A stretch of DNA of 57,308 nt from a virus (Duplodnaviria > Heunggongvirae > Uroviricota > Caudoviricetes), in IMG/VR virus record IMGVR_UViG_2886837984_000001, positions 64,001-121,308 of that record; one strand, given 5' to 3'. Positions 28,001 to 36,165 of the stretch are shown here, piece by piece (position 1 is the first letter of the stretch; every line of letters begins with the position of its first letter). Position numbers and translations under genes: made by a program. Below the pieces are notes generated by a model. It did not search any database. It saw only the letters and a program-made list of their open reading frames with translations, and was not told the DNA's origin.

Positions 28001-28609
28001 TCGGAAGTGGATCAGGTACTCGGTGTCGTCGTACTCCAAGACCGCACCGAACTTCTGTGCGACCTGAACGGCCAACTCACCCAACGACCCGTCGAACGTA
28101 AACTCACGTCGCTTCAGGTCGAACTCGGAGTCCACGTCTCCCAAGCGCCAAGGTGTATCCTCGTCCCGGTCGATCGTGGCTCTGACGATCTCTGAGAGCG
28201 TCCACGACGAGTAGTCGAGCCCGTCAGGATGTTCGTTGTCGATGGTCGTGAAGCCCTTGATCGGGATGTCCGATAACGTATAAGGGTTCAACTTGCAGGA
28301 CACGGATACCGTGAGGGCGTCCATATCGAAGTTGAACCCCGTGATCACGTAGTATCGATCCTTGTCCGTCTCTTTGTCGTGCAGCTTGATGACCATACGT
28401 TCCCGGATCATCTCGGCGTGAAGGTTCTTCTTGTTCTCCTCGAGCGTCTGATGCTTCAAGGGCAAAACAAAGGACAACTCGTTGAGCTGCCCCCCGTTGA
28501 ATGATTCGGTCTCTTGCCGAGCTTCCGACAGCCGAGCAATCGTCGTCCGATCGGGTTTTGCGAGATAAAGGATGGGTTTGGTGTTGCGTTGCTTGATGTC
28601 GAAATACAT
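25004..28609 (-). CDS. Tail hub/spike protein with C-terminal intramolecular chaperone (peptidase S74-like)
   Basis: N-terminal prophage-endopeptidase-like tail domain, coiled coil, beta-repeat region, and TSSVTFKTNIKPL...IGILAEAVP...VLWKAVQE. Confidence 0.8.
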   Translation of the reverse strand: MYFDIKQRNTKPILYLAKPDRTTIARLSEARQETESFNGGQLNELSFVLPLKHQTLEENKKNLHAEMIRERMVIKLHDKETDKDRYYVITGFNFDMDALTVSVSCKLNPYTLSDIPIKGFTTIDNEHPDGLDYSSWTLSEIVRATIDRDEDTPWRLGDVDSEFDLKRREFTFDGSLGELAVQVAQKFGAVLEYDDTEYLIHFRNPETLGRNRGLKISERNYMKSLTKDTNADNMVTQLALYGKDGLTIHEVSPTGSPYIEDFSYFLYPYEEDEQGNIVKSSYFMSDSLAQAMVAYNRKLSQLTPTFDSLVVQLDGLMAQVSEQNDMLADLDIELTQAQERVDIHLALNNGQSNPEYEADKIRILEAKNVIESVVLGLKEDISDIAGADYYELGFVVMGASGGQIGLLKEQMLIRNNFTPAQIAERSHFIIRKEWTNDSIVEAKDLLEEGRKELKELIKPNINLNVGLVDFLSMVEIPDGHKDFRMWDEIRIEEPWNRGITTARITGIVRNYDTKELTVTITNVKDSNDGTNKFLEMLYQSSFAATVVNENRFKWDLSKENNGQINALIEQNFDAVKKKVSGGVAGLTEFSARGLTSRDYEDNRKYLVVQNGVLATTNDDGVTWGHAITPTGIVGERIFGKIIAGVNLTIEDEDGIFRILGNKASISNRLGEEVVKLGLVTDEGEDERFGLVVDNRKNQVGIIDGEGFYISRYQGGNLEKLLWTDANGNLNTQKITATQMTVVNGDLASAVVKNSAGIPVVSFGTFGMDIDGGSISIAGGANGIRLNDAEGLVSENSKTKVTLNATDGIKIRNKNTAKDVFWVDSNGKLNVRDIVINSGSISWGGVNSQPMPDVSWESMVGKPTYLDSDRIWSPLIQGGLIEGGTLSAGTITGGTITGNTITGSTISGTTISGTTITSGSAYNKIEMSNSEIYTYYQSGSESSTTKLADGRISFSNTYNSSTRSGYIRLNPFSGTSNNYTSEFEINTTCDILTIYAPAINLYPTNGAASAMLRGNAIATRQWVLDQGYSSSGGSNDYATESWVSSNYASRYHSHSQYAEEGTTVYFNAIGVGGSYQNTINPSNTIINVNNIAVPGMVYAQGTRLTSSVTFKTNIKPLQDGAISVLKDVNIYEYYYQSDVDDFNFDNRQIGILAEAVPEILRGGENKAVNPYAMTSVLWKAVQEQQTLIETLEARIADLEEIQ
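25862..25960 (-). repeat. 15-nt tandem repeats encoding (T/S)I(S/T)Gx pentapeptides
   Basis: GTLSAGTITGGTITGNTITGSTISGTTISGTTITSG. GATCGTCGTACCCGA occurs twice exactly. Confidence 0.8.
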
Positions 28610-28646
28610 GGCAAGCTTCCTTTCATTCTGTGTGATTTGTGTATAG

Positions 28647-28672
28647 AAAAAAGACCGTCATCTCGACGGCCT
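28647..28672 (-). terminator. Intrinsic terminator after recombinase gene
   Basis: AGGCCGTC-GAGAT-GACGGTCT + T-run. Confidence 0.8.
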
Positions 28673-28675
28673 CCA

Positions 28676-29674
28676 TCATTGAACTAAAAACTTGCGGTGT
28701 TGCTCCCGTTTTTTCTCCTCGGTTAGTTGACAGTAGATTTGCGTGGTGCTTACGCTAGCGTGTCCGAGTAACGCCTGTACGCCCGTGATATCGGCTCCAG
28801 CATTAAGCATGGTAGTAGCAAACGTATGGCGCAAAGAGTGAGGGCTGACATGCTTTTTGACGCTCGACTGCTTAGCGATGACAGAAATCTCACGCTGAAT
28901 GCCTCGCTTCGACAAACGTCCGTGAGGTTTTCTTTCAGAGACCATCAATGCCTCGTTGTCGTCTGTGCGTGATTTTAGATATTTTTCGAGATGATACATC
29001 GCCTTGTAGCTGAAATAGACCTCGCGTTCCTTGTCGCCTTTCCCGACCACCTTACAGCTCTTGTCCTGGAAGTTGATATCTCGTCTGTTCAATTGCTGAA
29101 TCTCTGACAAGCGACATCCCGTGGCATATAACACCTCGAGAAACACCCGTTGTCGATTCGTCTTGCATCCCTCACGAAGCATTTCCAACTCTTCGATAGA
29201 CAACGCTTTGGGTAGTCGTTTTTCTTTTTTAGGTGACTTTAACTTTTTAGATGGGTCACGCAATATGTATTCTTCTGAAGTCAGCCATCCAAAGAACGAT
29301 TTCAGTACGCTCTGTTTTCTTCCGAGCGAGCTCATTTTCAGATGCGAAAATTTAGAGAGGTGACTTCTGATGTCGGCAGTAGAGATTTCATCCGTTCTCT
29401 TTTTGACATCTTCTGCAAACACCCTCAAGTCTCTCGCATATGTATTCAGCGTCAGAAAACTCAAACCTTCTAGCTTTTTAGCTGATTCAAATAAAAATAT
29501 TTTTTGATTTAAATCAGGATGAACTTCTGTGAGCGATACTGCGGTAACATTATATTTCGACACAATCTTCGACAATTCATTTTTCGTACCGTCGACATCG
29601 ACCGGGGTGGCAGACGTAAGTCTCGTTATGTAGGACGTAAGTTCCGTGACAATTTGTTCGTTTGCTGTTTGCAT
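28676..29674 (-). CDS. Tyrosine recombinase (XerD-like with SAM-like N-domain) next to tailspike genes
   Basis: LYATGCRLSE, GKGDKER, HSLRHTFAT, LGHASVSTTQIY: full R-K-H-R-H-Y catalytic set. Confidence 0.92.
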   Translation of the reverse strand: MQTANEQIVTELTSYITRLTSATPVDVDGTKNELSKIVSKYNVTAVSLTEVHPDLNQKIFLFESAKKLEGLSFLTLNTYARDLRVFAEDVKKRTDEISTADIRSHLSKFSHLKMSSLGRKQSVLKSFFGWLTSEEYILRDPSKKLKSPKKEKRLPKALSIEELEMLREGCKTNRQRVFLEVLYATGCRLSEIQQLNRRDINFQDKSCKVVGKGDKEREVYFSYKAMYHLEKYLKSRTDDNEALMVSERKPHGRLSKRGIQREISVIAKQSSVKKHVSPHSLRHTFATTMLNAGADITGVQALLGHASVSTTQIYCQLTEEKKREQHRKFLVQ

Positions 29675-29697
29675 ATGATCTTTCCCTTCTTGATTGT

Positions 29698-29743
29698 TGT
29701 GAGTACAGACTCATCATACATCATTTGAAGAGAAAAGCCAATT
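29698..29743 (-). promoter_or_regulatory. Putative promoter and palindromic operator of the recombinase gene
   Basis: Minus strand TTGGCT-17-TATGAT, immediately followed by TGAGT-CTGT-ACTCA. Confidence 0.5.
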
Positions 29744-29810
29744 GAAAAAATATAAATTGCAAAACTATTATTAACGTCATGTTGATAAGGTTTTTGTGGT
29801 TTGAAATATA

Positions 29811-29848
29811 AAAAAGAGCGATTTTTTAATGGTTATGTCGCTCTTTTT
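29811..29848. terminator. Bidirectional terminator after tailspike 2
   Basis: AAAAAGAGCGA...TCGCTCTTTTT. Confidence 0.75.
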
Positions 29849-29859
29849 TATATGTATTT

Positions 29860-29887
29860 TAGTGAAGCATTTGAACCAATTACGACG
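29860..29887 (-). repeat. Conserved 28-bp site immediately after the tailspike 2 stop
   Basis: TAGTGAAGCATTTGAACCAATTACGACG, 24/28 identical to 31871-31898. Confidence 0.75.
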
Positions 29888-31732
29888 TTATACAACAGTC
29901 CCTTGTAAGATGTTTTGGCTTTGGGTAATCGTGATGCGTTGTGTGTCTCGGTTGACGATACCTTGCTGACCGGCACGCAAACTGTACAGCCTGTTTTGGT
30001 GTATGCTGTAGTTCCCATACGTCTGATTCGTTCCTTTTAGCTCGATCAATGGGTTGACTCCTGCGAGACTCGCGGAGTTTGCTAGCCCGAACTCAGATGA
30101 CATGATATCTGCGGTGACGACATCGTCAAAAATTGCCATGTACTGCAACGAGTTTCGTAAAAACCGAACGGTAGACGCGCGCTCGATCAATGTCGTCGGA
30201 ACGTTCGTGTCTTTAATCGTCACGCTTGCGGTGTCGAGCGTTCGGATGCGCGCGTTTAACGAGAGGTTCCTCGCTTCTACACGGCCGATCACGACGACGT
30301 CCGTCGAAGGTACTACGATCAATCCGCCCAAAGCATTGTTCGCGTTCAAGAACTCAACGTTATCAATTCCGACGTAAGCACCTTTTGCCGCGTAGATTGA
30401 CGTCCCTGGGTTGCTTGCCGTTCCGACGTCGAAGATACAGTCTTTCAATATCAGCCGGTCAGACACACGCATACTTGCGCTTGTCGTTTCCTGATAAACG
30501 CCGAAGATGTAATTTTTGAAGTTACAGCTTTTAAACTTGATTTCTCCGTTTTTGACAAGAGTCTGACCTACAGCGATACGTACCGCCTTATCTTTTGTTT
30601 TGTTGAAATTACAGCGCTCGAACTCGATGTTTTTCGACCCTTCCTCAATCGTCACTGATGACAACTCTCCGCCATTAAACTCGCAGTCGATAAATTTAAC
30701 GCCATCCGTTCCGGTGTCTATCTTGACGTGCTCCGTTAATTTTAAAGCGCCGTAATTCCCATCGTCGAGCAACTCGAAATTACATTTGTTAAAAGAGACG
30801 CCCTTTACAGGGTTATTGATGTCGCCGTTCGCGATAAAGCACATACCGCCCGTTTTCAATTTACAGTCTGTAAAATTAAAGTTTTTAGGCTGTTGACCAG
30901 ACGCTGAGGAGTATACTCCGATCAAAGCATGGTTCATGAGATTTGACTTACTAAATTCCAAGCTGCATTTTTCGAAATAGACGTTCTGCGTCCCTGAAAA
31001 TTTGAACAACATTTGTTCTTTTCCTAAAGCGTCAACGTTTCTTAAAATGACTTTTTTCAGTTCGCCAAAGCTAAATAGTTGCCCGTCCGTATAAAAGAGC
31101 GTGGAACCATTAAACTCATAAGGTTGTTTAATACCCACGATGTTCGTCGCGTCGATACGTGCGTTGTTGTATACAATTTCAAATTCTTCGATTCCTTGGA
31201 TAGTCGGCATCTTGTCGAAAACATTCAGCACACCGTCTGTGATAAGTAACTTTTTGGTAGATGTCTTTGATGCAGCCAAAGCGCCACGTAGTAATTCCGT
31301 GTCGTCTCTTTTGACAAGGGCGTTCGTGACTGTGCGCTGCAAGGCGTTAGAGATTGTGATCGTCTGCCCGTTGACCGCTGAAACCGTTGACCGCAGGTAG
31401 TTGTACTCAAGCGGTTCCATAGCACTTTTGGCGCTTCCGCCGTTTGCAATAGCGATCAAGTCGCCCGCTTTTAAATTGTGGTTTGCGCCCATTGTGATCG
31501 TCGTACCCGACCCGCTAGCTAAAATATCAACAGGTTCGTTAGGTGTGACCTTTGTATATAGCGTCATTTCCGCCAACTGAGACGCAACCTCTGACTGTTT
31601 TGCGAGCTCAATATTTCCTGATGAGCTTCCAATATATGTGCGACTCTCATCCATTGTAAACCCAAATTCGCCTACGTCTAGATTCGGTATGTCGGACTGA
31701 TTCCCTCGTTTCACCTGAATCTTTCTTGCCAT
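29888..31732 (-). CDS. Tailspike / receptor-binding protein 2 (Mtd_N-like anchor + beta-helix depolymerase-like domain)
   Basis: MARKIQVKRG...LDVGEFGF..D..R.YIG anchor, SQLAE junction, then Asn/Cys-ladder beta-helix repeats (F.DC.F, F.NC.F). Confidence 0.8.
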   Translation of the reverse strand: MARKIQVKRGNQSDIPNLDVGEFGFTMDESRTYIGSSSGNIELAKQSEVASQLAEMTLYTKVTPNEPVDILASGSGTTITMGANHNLKAGDLIAIANGGSAKSAMEPLEYNYLRSTVSAVNGQTITISNALQRTVTNALVKRDDTELLRGALAASKTSTKKLLITDGVLNVFDKMPTIQGIEEFEIVYNNARIDATNIVGIKQPYEFNGSTLFYTDGQLFSFGELKKVILRNVDALGKEQMLFKFSGTQNVYFEKCSLEFSKSNLMNHALIGVYSSASGQQPKNFNFTDCKLKTGGMCFIANGDINNPVKGVSFNKCNFELLDDGNYGALKLTEHVKIDTGTDGVKFIDCEFNGGELSSVTIEEGSKNIEFERCNFNKTKDKAVRIAVGQTLVKNGEIKFKSCNFKNYIFGVYQETTSASMRVSDRLILKDCIFDVGTASNPGTSIYAAKGAYVGIDNVEFLNANNALGGLIVVPSTDVVVIGRVEARNLSLNARIRTLDTASVTIKDTNVPTTLIERASTVRFLRNSLQYMAIFDDVVTADIMSSEFGLANSASLAGVNPLIELKGTNQTYGNYSIHQNRLYSLRAGQQGIVNRDTQRITITQSQNILQGTVV

Positions 31733-31796
31733 AAGATAAAACCTCCGTTTTATTTCTTTATTTAATTTACTTTCATCGAGACCGACGTTTTTATTT

Positions 31797-31838
31797 TAAA
31801 AATCCTCTGTTACTGATCACAGTATTGACAGAGGATTT
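31797..31838 (-). terminator. Hairpin/terminator after tailspike 1
   Basis: AAATCCTCTGT...ACAGAGGATTT, with a T-run on the minus strand. Confidence 0.7.
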
Positions 31839-31870
31839 GCTCATAAAAGGCCGTTTTGGTGAATTTTAAC

Positions 31871-31898
31871 TAGTGAAGCATATGAACCAACTGTGACG
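31871..31898 (-). repeat. Conserved 28-bp site after the tailspike 1 stop
   Basis: TAGTGAAGCATATGAACCAACTGTGACG. Confidence 0.75.
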
Positions 31899-31902
31899 AA
31901 GA

Positions 31903-33813
31903 TTAGGCGCGGCTACCGATTGCGCCTTTCTGAATGTTCCAGTAAATAACGACACCCTCAGTAACCGCATTTGCGAAGTTTACGGTAAATTGGGTCGCGG
32001 TTGGGTTGGACACCCACATCCGATTACCCGAACCGATATCCGTCCCTGCGTTTATATAAATATCTTGCAAACGCGGAATTTCATCCAATCCATGTGTCAT
32101 CGTGATTGCCGTCAACCCTGCCCAAGTAGTTCTGGAGCCGCTGTTTTCGGTCAAAAATCCGTTATTGTTTTTTAAAACGAGCGAAGCGATAGGGTTACTA
32201 GAACCCCATTGGATTTTTGTGGTTGAAATATCTTTCATATCATTCCCGACGATTGACAAATAATCAATCCGACCAGTAAACCTAAGCGCTTTTTTCAGCG
32301 AATCAAATACATTCCCCTTAATCCTTAGTCTGCCGAATCCGGTTGTCGACTGAACATAAACCCCTATAGCGTCAGTGGATGACGTCGCAAAATTACGGAA
32401 GGTGTTGTCTGAAATTTCGATAGATCCGGGGATGTCGATAAGATTAATGCCGTAAACTGTTCCTCCATCAAAAGACTCGATACCATCAAACAAGTTCCCG
32501 TTTACTTGCAAATGTTCCGCTTGTGAGGAGTATATGCCATAGAAGTTCCCGTTCTTTTTGATATTTTGAAAATAATTGTTTGATATCTTCCCTCGCGACC
32601 CCCCGAGTAATACACGAATTCCGTATTGAAACACACCTTCGATAACGTTACCTTCGGTTAGTATGTTATCGTTTGCCATGCTGATCGCCCATGCAACCCG
32701 ATCTGGTTTAGTCGCTCGCAACAGATTCCCTTTAACGATTGCAGTATGACCCGCAACGCTAGCGGAAATCCCATCTTCGACCATCTGCCGATTCGCACCC
32801 TTAACGTTGATAAAACCCTGTTTAGATCCGGCGTCAATCAATGTGTTGTTTGTGATTGTCGAATACGCACACTTTGTATAAATCCCCTCGCTATCTCCTC
32901 CTTCATTCGAAACATCTTTGATAAAGTTGTTGTCGATCTTTGCATAAACTCCGTAACAAATAAAACCCTGAACATCAGACGTGCCTGAACGAAAAATGGT
33001 GTCGAGAATGTTGTTTGTGATGAAATATTTGCTTCTAAGCGGGTAGCCTACGTTGTTACCTAATTGTACCGCGCGGCCGTTCTGGATGTTTTTAATCACG
33101 TTTTTGTCAATAAATACGTGTTCCAACTTTGGCGGGGCTAAGAGGATTCCGCGAGTACATGATTCAATGATATTGTTAAGGATGAAGACATTACTTATCC
33201 CAATATTGTTAATCTCTTCTGTGCTTTTCCCTGCCACATCAATCGCGGCGCTATCCCAAATTATAAGCGCGTTGCAATTTTTCACATGAACTCTTTCGAT
33301 TCGTAGATAGTCGAGGGAAACGTCTGACCCACCAAAGTTTACGACCGTTCCGGCACCTTCGATTGTTACATCTGTCAAAATAAAACTGTTGTTAGGATTG
33401 AAAAGACTTTGCCCAGACTGTCCTTTAATAACTGTTCGTCCAACCCCCGACCCCTTGATGTAGAGTTTTTTATCAAACACAGATTCGCCCAAACCCGAAA
33501 GCTTGATTTCTCCTGCCGGGAGTAGGAGTGTTGACTTATCCGGAAGTTCTTGAATTGCGTTCATGAAGCTAATGGATGAGTCAACCCCGTCCGATGTTAC
33601 GCCAAAAAAAGAAGCGTTGTATCCTCGTTCTGTTAAATACGTCTCAGTTTCCGCCAACTGCGTCATAACTTCTTCTTTTTTAGCCAACTCCACGTTGCCC
33701 GAAGAGCTTCCTACGTAGGTGCGTTTTTGGTCTGTCGTGAACCCCATTTCCCCGACATCGAGAGCCGGTAGGTTTGCCTGAATACCGCGTTTCAATTGAA
33801 TTTTTTGTGCCAT
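31903..33813 (-). CDS. Tailspike / receptor-binding protein 1 (Mtd_N-like anchor + pectate-lyase-like beta-helix)
   Basis: MAQKIQLKRG...LDVGEMGF anchor, TQLAE junction, NASFFGVTSDGVDSS (pectate_lyase_3-like start), and many (I/V)xxNxF repeats. Confidence 0.82.
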   Translation of the reverse strand: MAQKIQLKRGIQANLPALDVGEMGFTTDQKRTYVGSSSGNVELAKKEEVMTQLAETETYLTERGYNASFFGVTSDGVDSSISFMNAIQELPDKSTLLLPAGEIKLSGLGESVFDKKLYIKGSGVGRTVIKGQSGQSLFNPNNSFILTDVTIEGAGTVVNFGGSDVSLDYLRIERVHVKNCNALIIWDSAAIDVAGKSTEEINNIGISNVFILNNIIESCTRGILLAPPKLEHVFIDKNVIKNIQNGRAVQLGNNVGYPLRSKYFITNNILDTIFRSGTSDVQGFICYGVYAKIDNNFIKDVSNEGGDSEGIYTKCAYSTITNNTLIDAGSKQGFINVKGANRQMVEDGISASVAGHTAIVKGNLLRATKPDRVAWAISMANDNILTEGNVIEGVFQYGIRVLLGGSRGKISNNYFQNIKKNGNFYGIYSSQAEHLQVNGNLFDGIESFDGGTVYGINLIDIPGSIEISDNTFRNFATSSTDAIGVYVQSTTGFGRLRIKGNVFDSLKKALRFTGRIDYLSIVGNDMKDISTTKIQWGSSNPIASLVLKNNNGFLTENSGSRTTWAGLTAITMTHGLDEIPRLQDIYINAGTDIGSGNRMWVSNPTATQFTVNFANAVTEGVVIYWNIQKGAIGSRA

Positions 33814-35183
33814 TAGAATGTACCCCCATTAATATATGATCCCGTGACGACCTCTCCGAACATGCCCCCGTTGATGTCGCTAGTGTCCACGAGCTCCGAT
33901 ACGGCTTCCATAAGAATGACAGATAAATCTATTCTCTCGAGCCAAGCAGATCCGTCGTATCGATAGACCTGACCTGTGTTTCGAACCATGACCGCCCATC
34001 CTTTTTGTGGCGATGGATACGTCGTCGCAATATTCGAGAACGTGTTGACCGGGTTTTGCCATGTGAACTTAGTAGATTCTGCCGCATCCATCGCAGCCTG
34101 TGTCGCTGACGTAGATGAGTTGGCCGCCGTGTTCGCTGCGAGCGTGGCCGCCTCTGCCGCCTCTGTCTGTTCGATCAGCTCCAATGCTTGTGCCTCTGTC
34201 GTCTTGAAGTAAACAAGCTCGACCACATCCCCTGCGTTCACGCCGTTGATAAGTGTTACCTTGGTCGGAGACGTCTCGTTAAAATCGACGCCCGAAGACT
34301 GTTTGACCCCCGAGACATACACATCGATCCGATCTTGGTTCGTAAAGTATGCCTTTGATGTCGTAAAGACCGTCTGACCTTGTGTTCCCACGAGGCGATC
34401 CTTACGGCGAGCCATGTTCTGCGGATGGGTCGGTGAGAAGCTATGACTGATCCATTTGTCGAAATGATACCGGTAGACGTTCCCGTCATCTTGTGTCTGC
34501 ACCTGATCCCCGTGTTCGGGATTCGGATATGTGGTCGAGATCCCCGCGAACTCTGAGACCGGGTTCAACCAGTTGACGACGGCCGATAGCGCCGCCTCGT
34601 CTGCGCGCTGTGCTTTCTCTAGTGCCAGGTCTCGTGCGTTATTGGCAGACAAGACCGCTGCTTCCGCGCTTCCTTTTGCCTCTAACCCCATAGACTTGGC
34701 GTAATCGCCTTGATTCAACGCAAATTCCCCCTGTGTTTGGGCGAACGTTGCCTGAGTACTGGCCGCTGCGGTTGCTTCGTTCGTCATCTCGATATCTTCG
34801 TCAAGTCTTGCTCCAAGCGCTGCGATATGACTCAAGGTGACGCCGACCGACTCGTTGTTTTCAGCATCCCCGTAATAGATACGTTCTGCCGGGATCTTGA
34901 CGACCCCTCGTCCTTTGTAGCGCACCGTGACGGTGTCTACGAGTGACGGTTCGAAGTATAAGACTCCGTTCGTGTAATCCACGTAGAAGCGAGTCCCTTC
35001 CGGTGTGTTCGTAGCTTTTTCCGTATACCCGTCCACGATCACACCGAACTCTTTGACAGGAACCTCTTCGAGAACCGCTTTTCCGCCTACCAACTTGATC
35101 GTTTCAATCTTGTCCACGTATGGATCTTCTAGAGAACCCTCCCGTGTCTGATAAAGCAATGGGTTCGTTAATTGCGAAGCCAT
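33813..35183 (-). CDS. Baseplate/tail structural protein (upper-baseplate-like)
   Basis: Position after Dit. Ala-rich coiled coils and a duplicated TTYPxP...G.VYRY motif. TAATG coupling to tailspike 1. Confidence 0.65.
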   Translation of the reverse strand: MASQLTNPLLYQTREGSLEDPYVDKIETIKLVGGKAVLEEVPVKEFGVIVDGYTEKATNTPEGTRFYVDYTNGVLYFEPSLVDTVTVRYKGRGVVKIPAERIYYGDAENNESVGVTLSHIAALGARLDEDIEMTNEATAAASTQATFAQTQGEFALNQGDYAKSMGLEAKGSAEAAVLSANNARDLALEKAQRADEAALSAVVNWLNPVSEFAGISTTYPNPEHGDQVQTQDDGNVYRYHFDKWISHSFSPTHPQNMARRKDRLVGTQGQTVFTTSKAYFTNQDRIDVYVSGVKQSSGVDFNETSPTKVTLINGVNAGDVVELVYFKTTEAQALELIEQTEAAEAATLAANTAANSSTSATQAAMDAAESTKFTWQNPVNTFSNIATTYPSPQKGWAVMVRNTGQVYRYDGSAWLERIDLSVILMEAVSELVDTSDINGGMFGEVVTGSYINGGTF

Positions 35184-35213
35184 CCAAAGACCTCCTTGTT
35201 TTCTAAGAAATGC

Positions 35214-35235
35214 AAAAAGACGGCTCTAGGCCGCC
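35214..35235 (-). terminator. Intrinsic terminator after the Dit gene
   Basis: GGCGGC-CTAGA-GCCGTC + T5. Confidence 0.7.
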
Positions 35236-35264
35236 CTTTCTTGTTAATTATGTTCTATATGAAT

Positions 35265-35346
35265 GTTCTAACATTAGATTATTAATCTTCTACAATTAGA
35301 TGTTTTAGTTTCTAATGTTAGAACCTTTATATACCAACGTTAGAAC
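35265..35346. repeat. Palindrome array 3 (4 copies)
   Basis: Copies start at 35265, 35287, 35309 and 35331: exact 22-bp phase. Confidence 0.9.
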
Positions 35347-35374
35347 ATTATGCCCCAACGGAAGATACCCGTGG

Positions 35375-36127
35375 TCAACGGTACTTCTCTCGATACTTGA
35401 TGACGAGATGGACGTCCCCGCTCAACTCCAACAGGTTGTTCCCTGTCGCGAGCCACATATAGTTCTCGTTCCACGAGTCATAGCGATAGACGTTCGGGAG
35501 CGACGACTCGACCGATTCCCGGTTGGTGTCGATGACCATCTTCTCGCCCTCGGCCATCTCATGAACGACCATCTCCTCGTTCGTCCGCAGGTTCTTCATG
35601 CGGAACGGGTTGTCTGCGGTGATGTTCGTCCTGGCGTACAATTCATAGATCGGCTTGACGAGCGTGATCCCCTTGTTGACGAACTGATAGTCACCAGAAT
35701 CCTCGTACTCGATGGCAACGACAGGCGTATGCCAATAGGACGAATTCGCCCGGACGTTGACCGTGAAGTAGCCACCGATCCCGTCGTGCGAGAGCCTTGG
35801 CGACGACTCGACCATCGCCCAGATGATACGGTCGGGCATCTCGTCGAAATAGAACGGTTTGTAGTAATCCTTGTCGAGCCACGACAACACCTTGTCGAGC
35901 TTGAAACGGTCGAAACCGTCCTCGAAATACAGCGTCATCTCGAACGAGATTGTGTCCCGAGTGACGTGCTTCAGATATGTCTCGTCCGAACCCCGAACCT
36001 GTTCCGTCTCGAGCGTCCGTGACGACATCATATCGTCCTCGAACAGCCCCCCGTTCACCGAAACCTGTACCAATCCGAACTCATATGACGGTCTGCCGTC
36101 ATAGTTGAAACCCATAAAATGCTTCAT
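35375..36127 (-). CDS. Distal tail protein (Dit, Sipho_tail-like)
   Basis: Directly after the TMP. F...G..S.EFGL, ISFEMTL.F, WL....YKP..FDE.PD, WLATGNN.LE. Confidence 0.82.
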   Translation of the reverse strand: MKHFMGFNYDGRPSYEFGLVQVSVNGGLFEDDMMSSRTLETEQVRGSDETYLKHVTRDTISFEMTLYFEDGFDRFKLDKVLSWLDKDYYKPFYFDEMPDRIIWAMVESSPRLSHDGIGGYFTVNVRANSSYWHTPVVAIEYEDSGDYQFVNKGITLVKPIYELYARTNITADNPFRMKNLRTNEEMVVHEMAEGEKMVIDTNRESVESSLPNVYRYDSWNENYMWLATGNNLLELSGDVHLVIKYREKYR

Positions 36128-36140
36128 TTATCCACCACCT

Positions 36141-36165
36141 AAAAAGGAGAGCCGAAGCCCTCCTT
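36141..36165 (-). terminator. Intrinsic terminator after the TMP
   Basis: AAGGAGGGC-TTCG-GCTCTCCTT + T-run. The Dit RBS follows immediately. Confidence 0.8.

Noticed and set aside
29888-33813. Diversity-generating retroelement suggested by Mtd_N-like anchors
   Set aside because: No reverse transcriptase and no TR/VR pair with adenine-specific differences is visible in the window.
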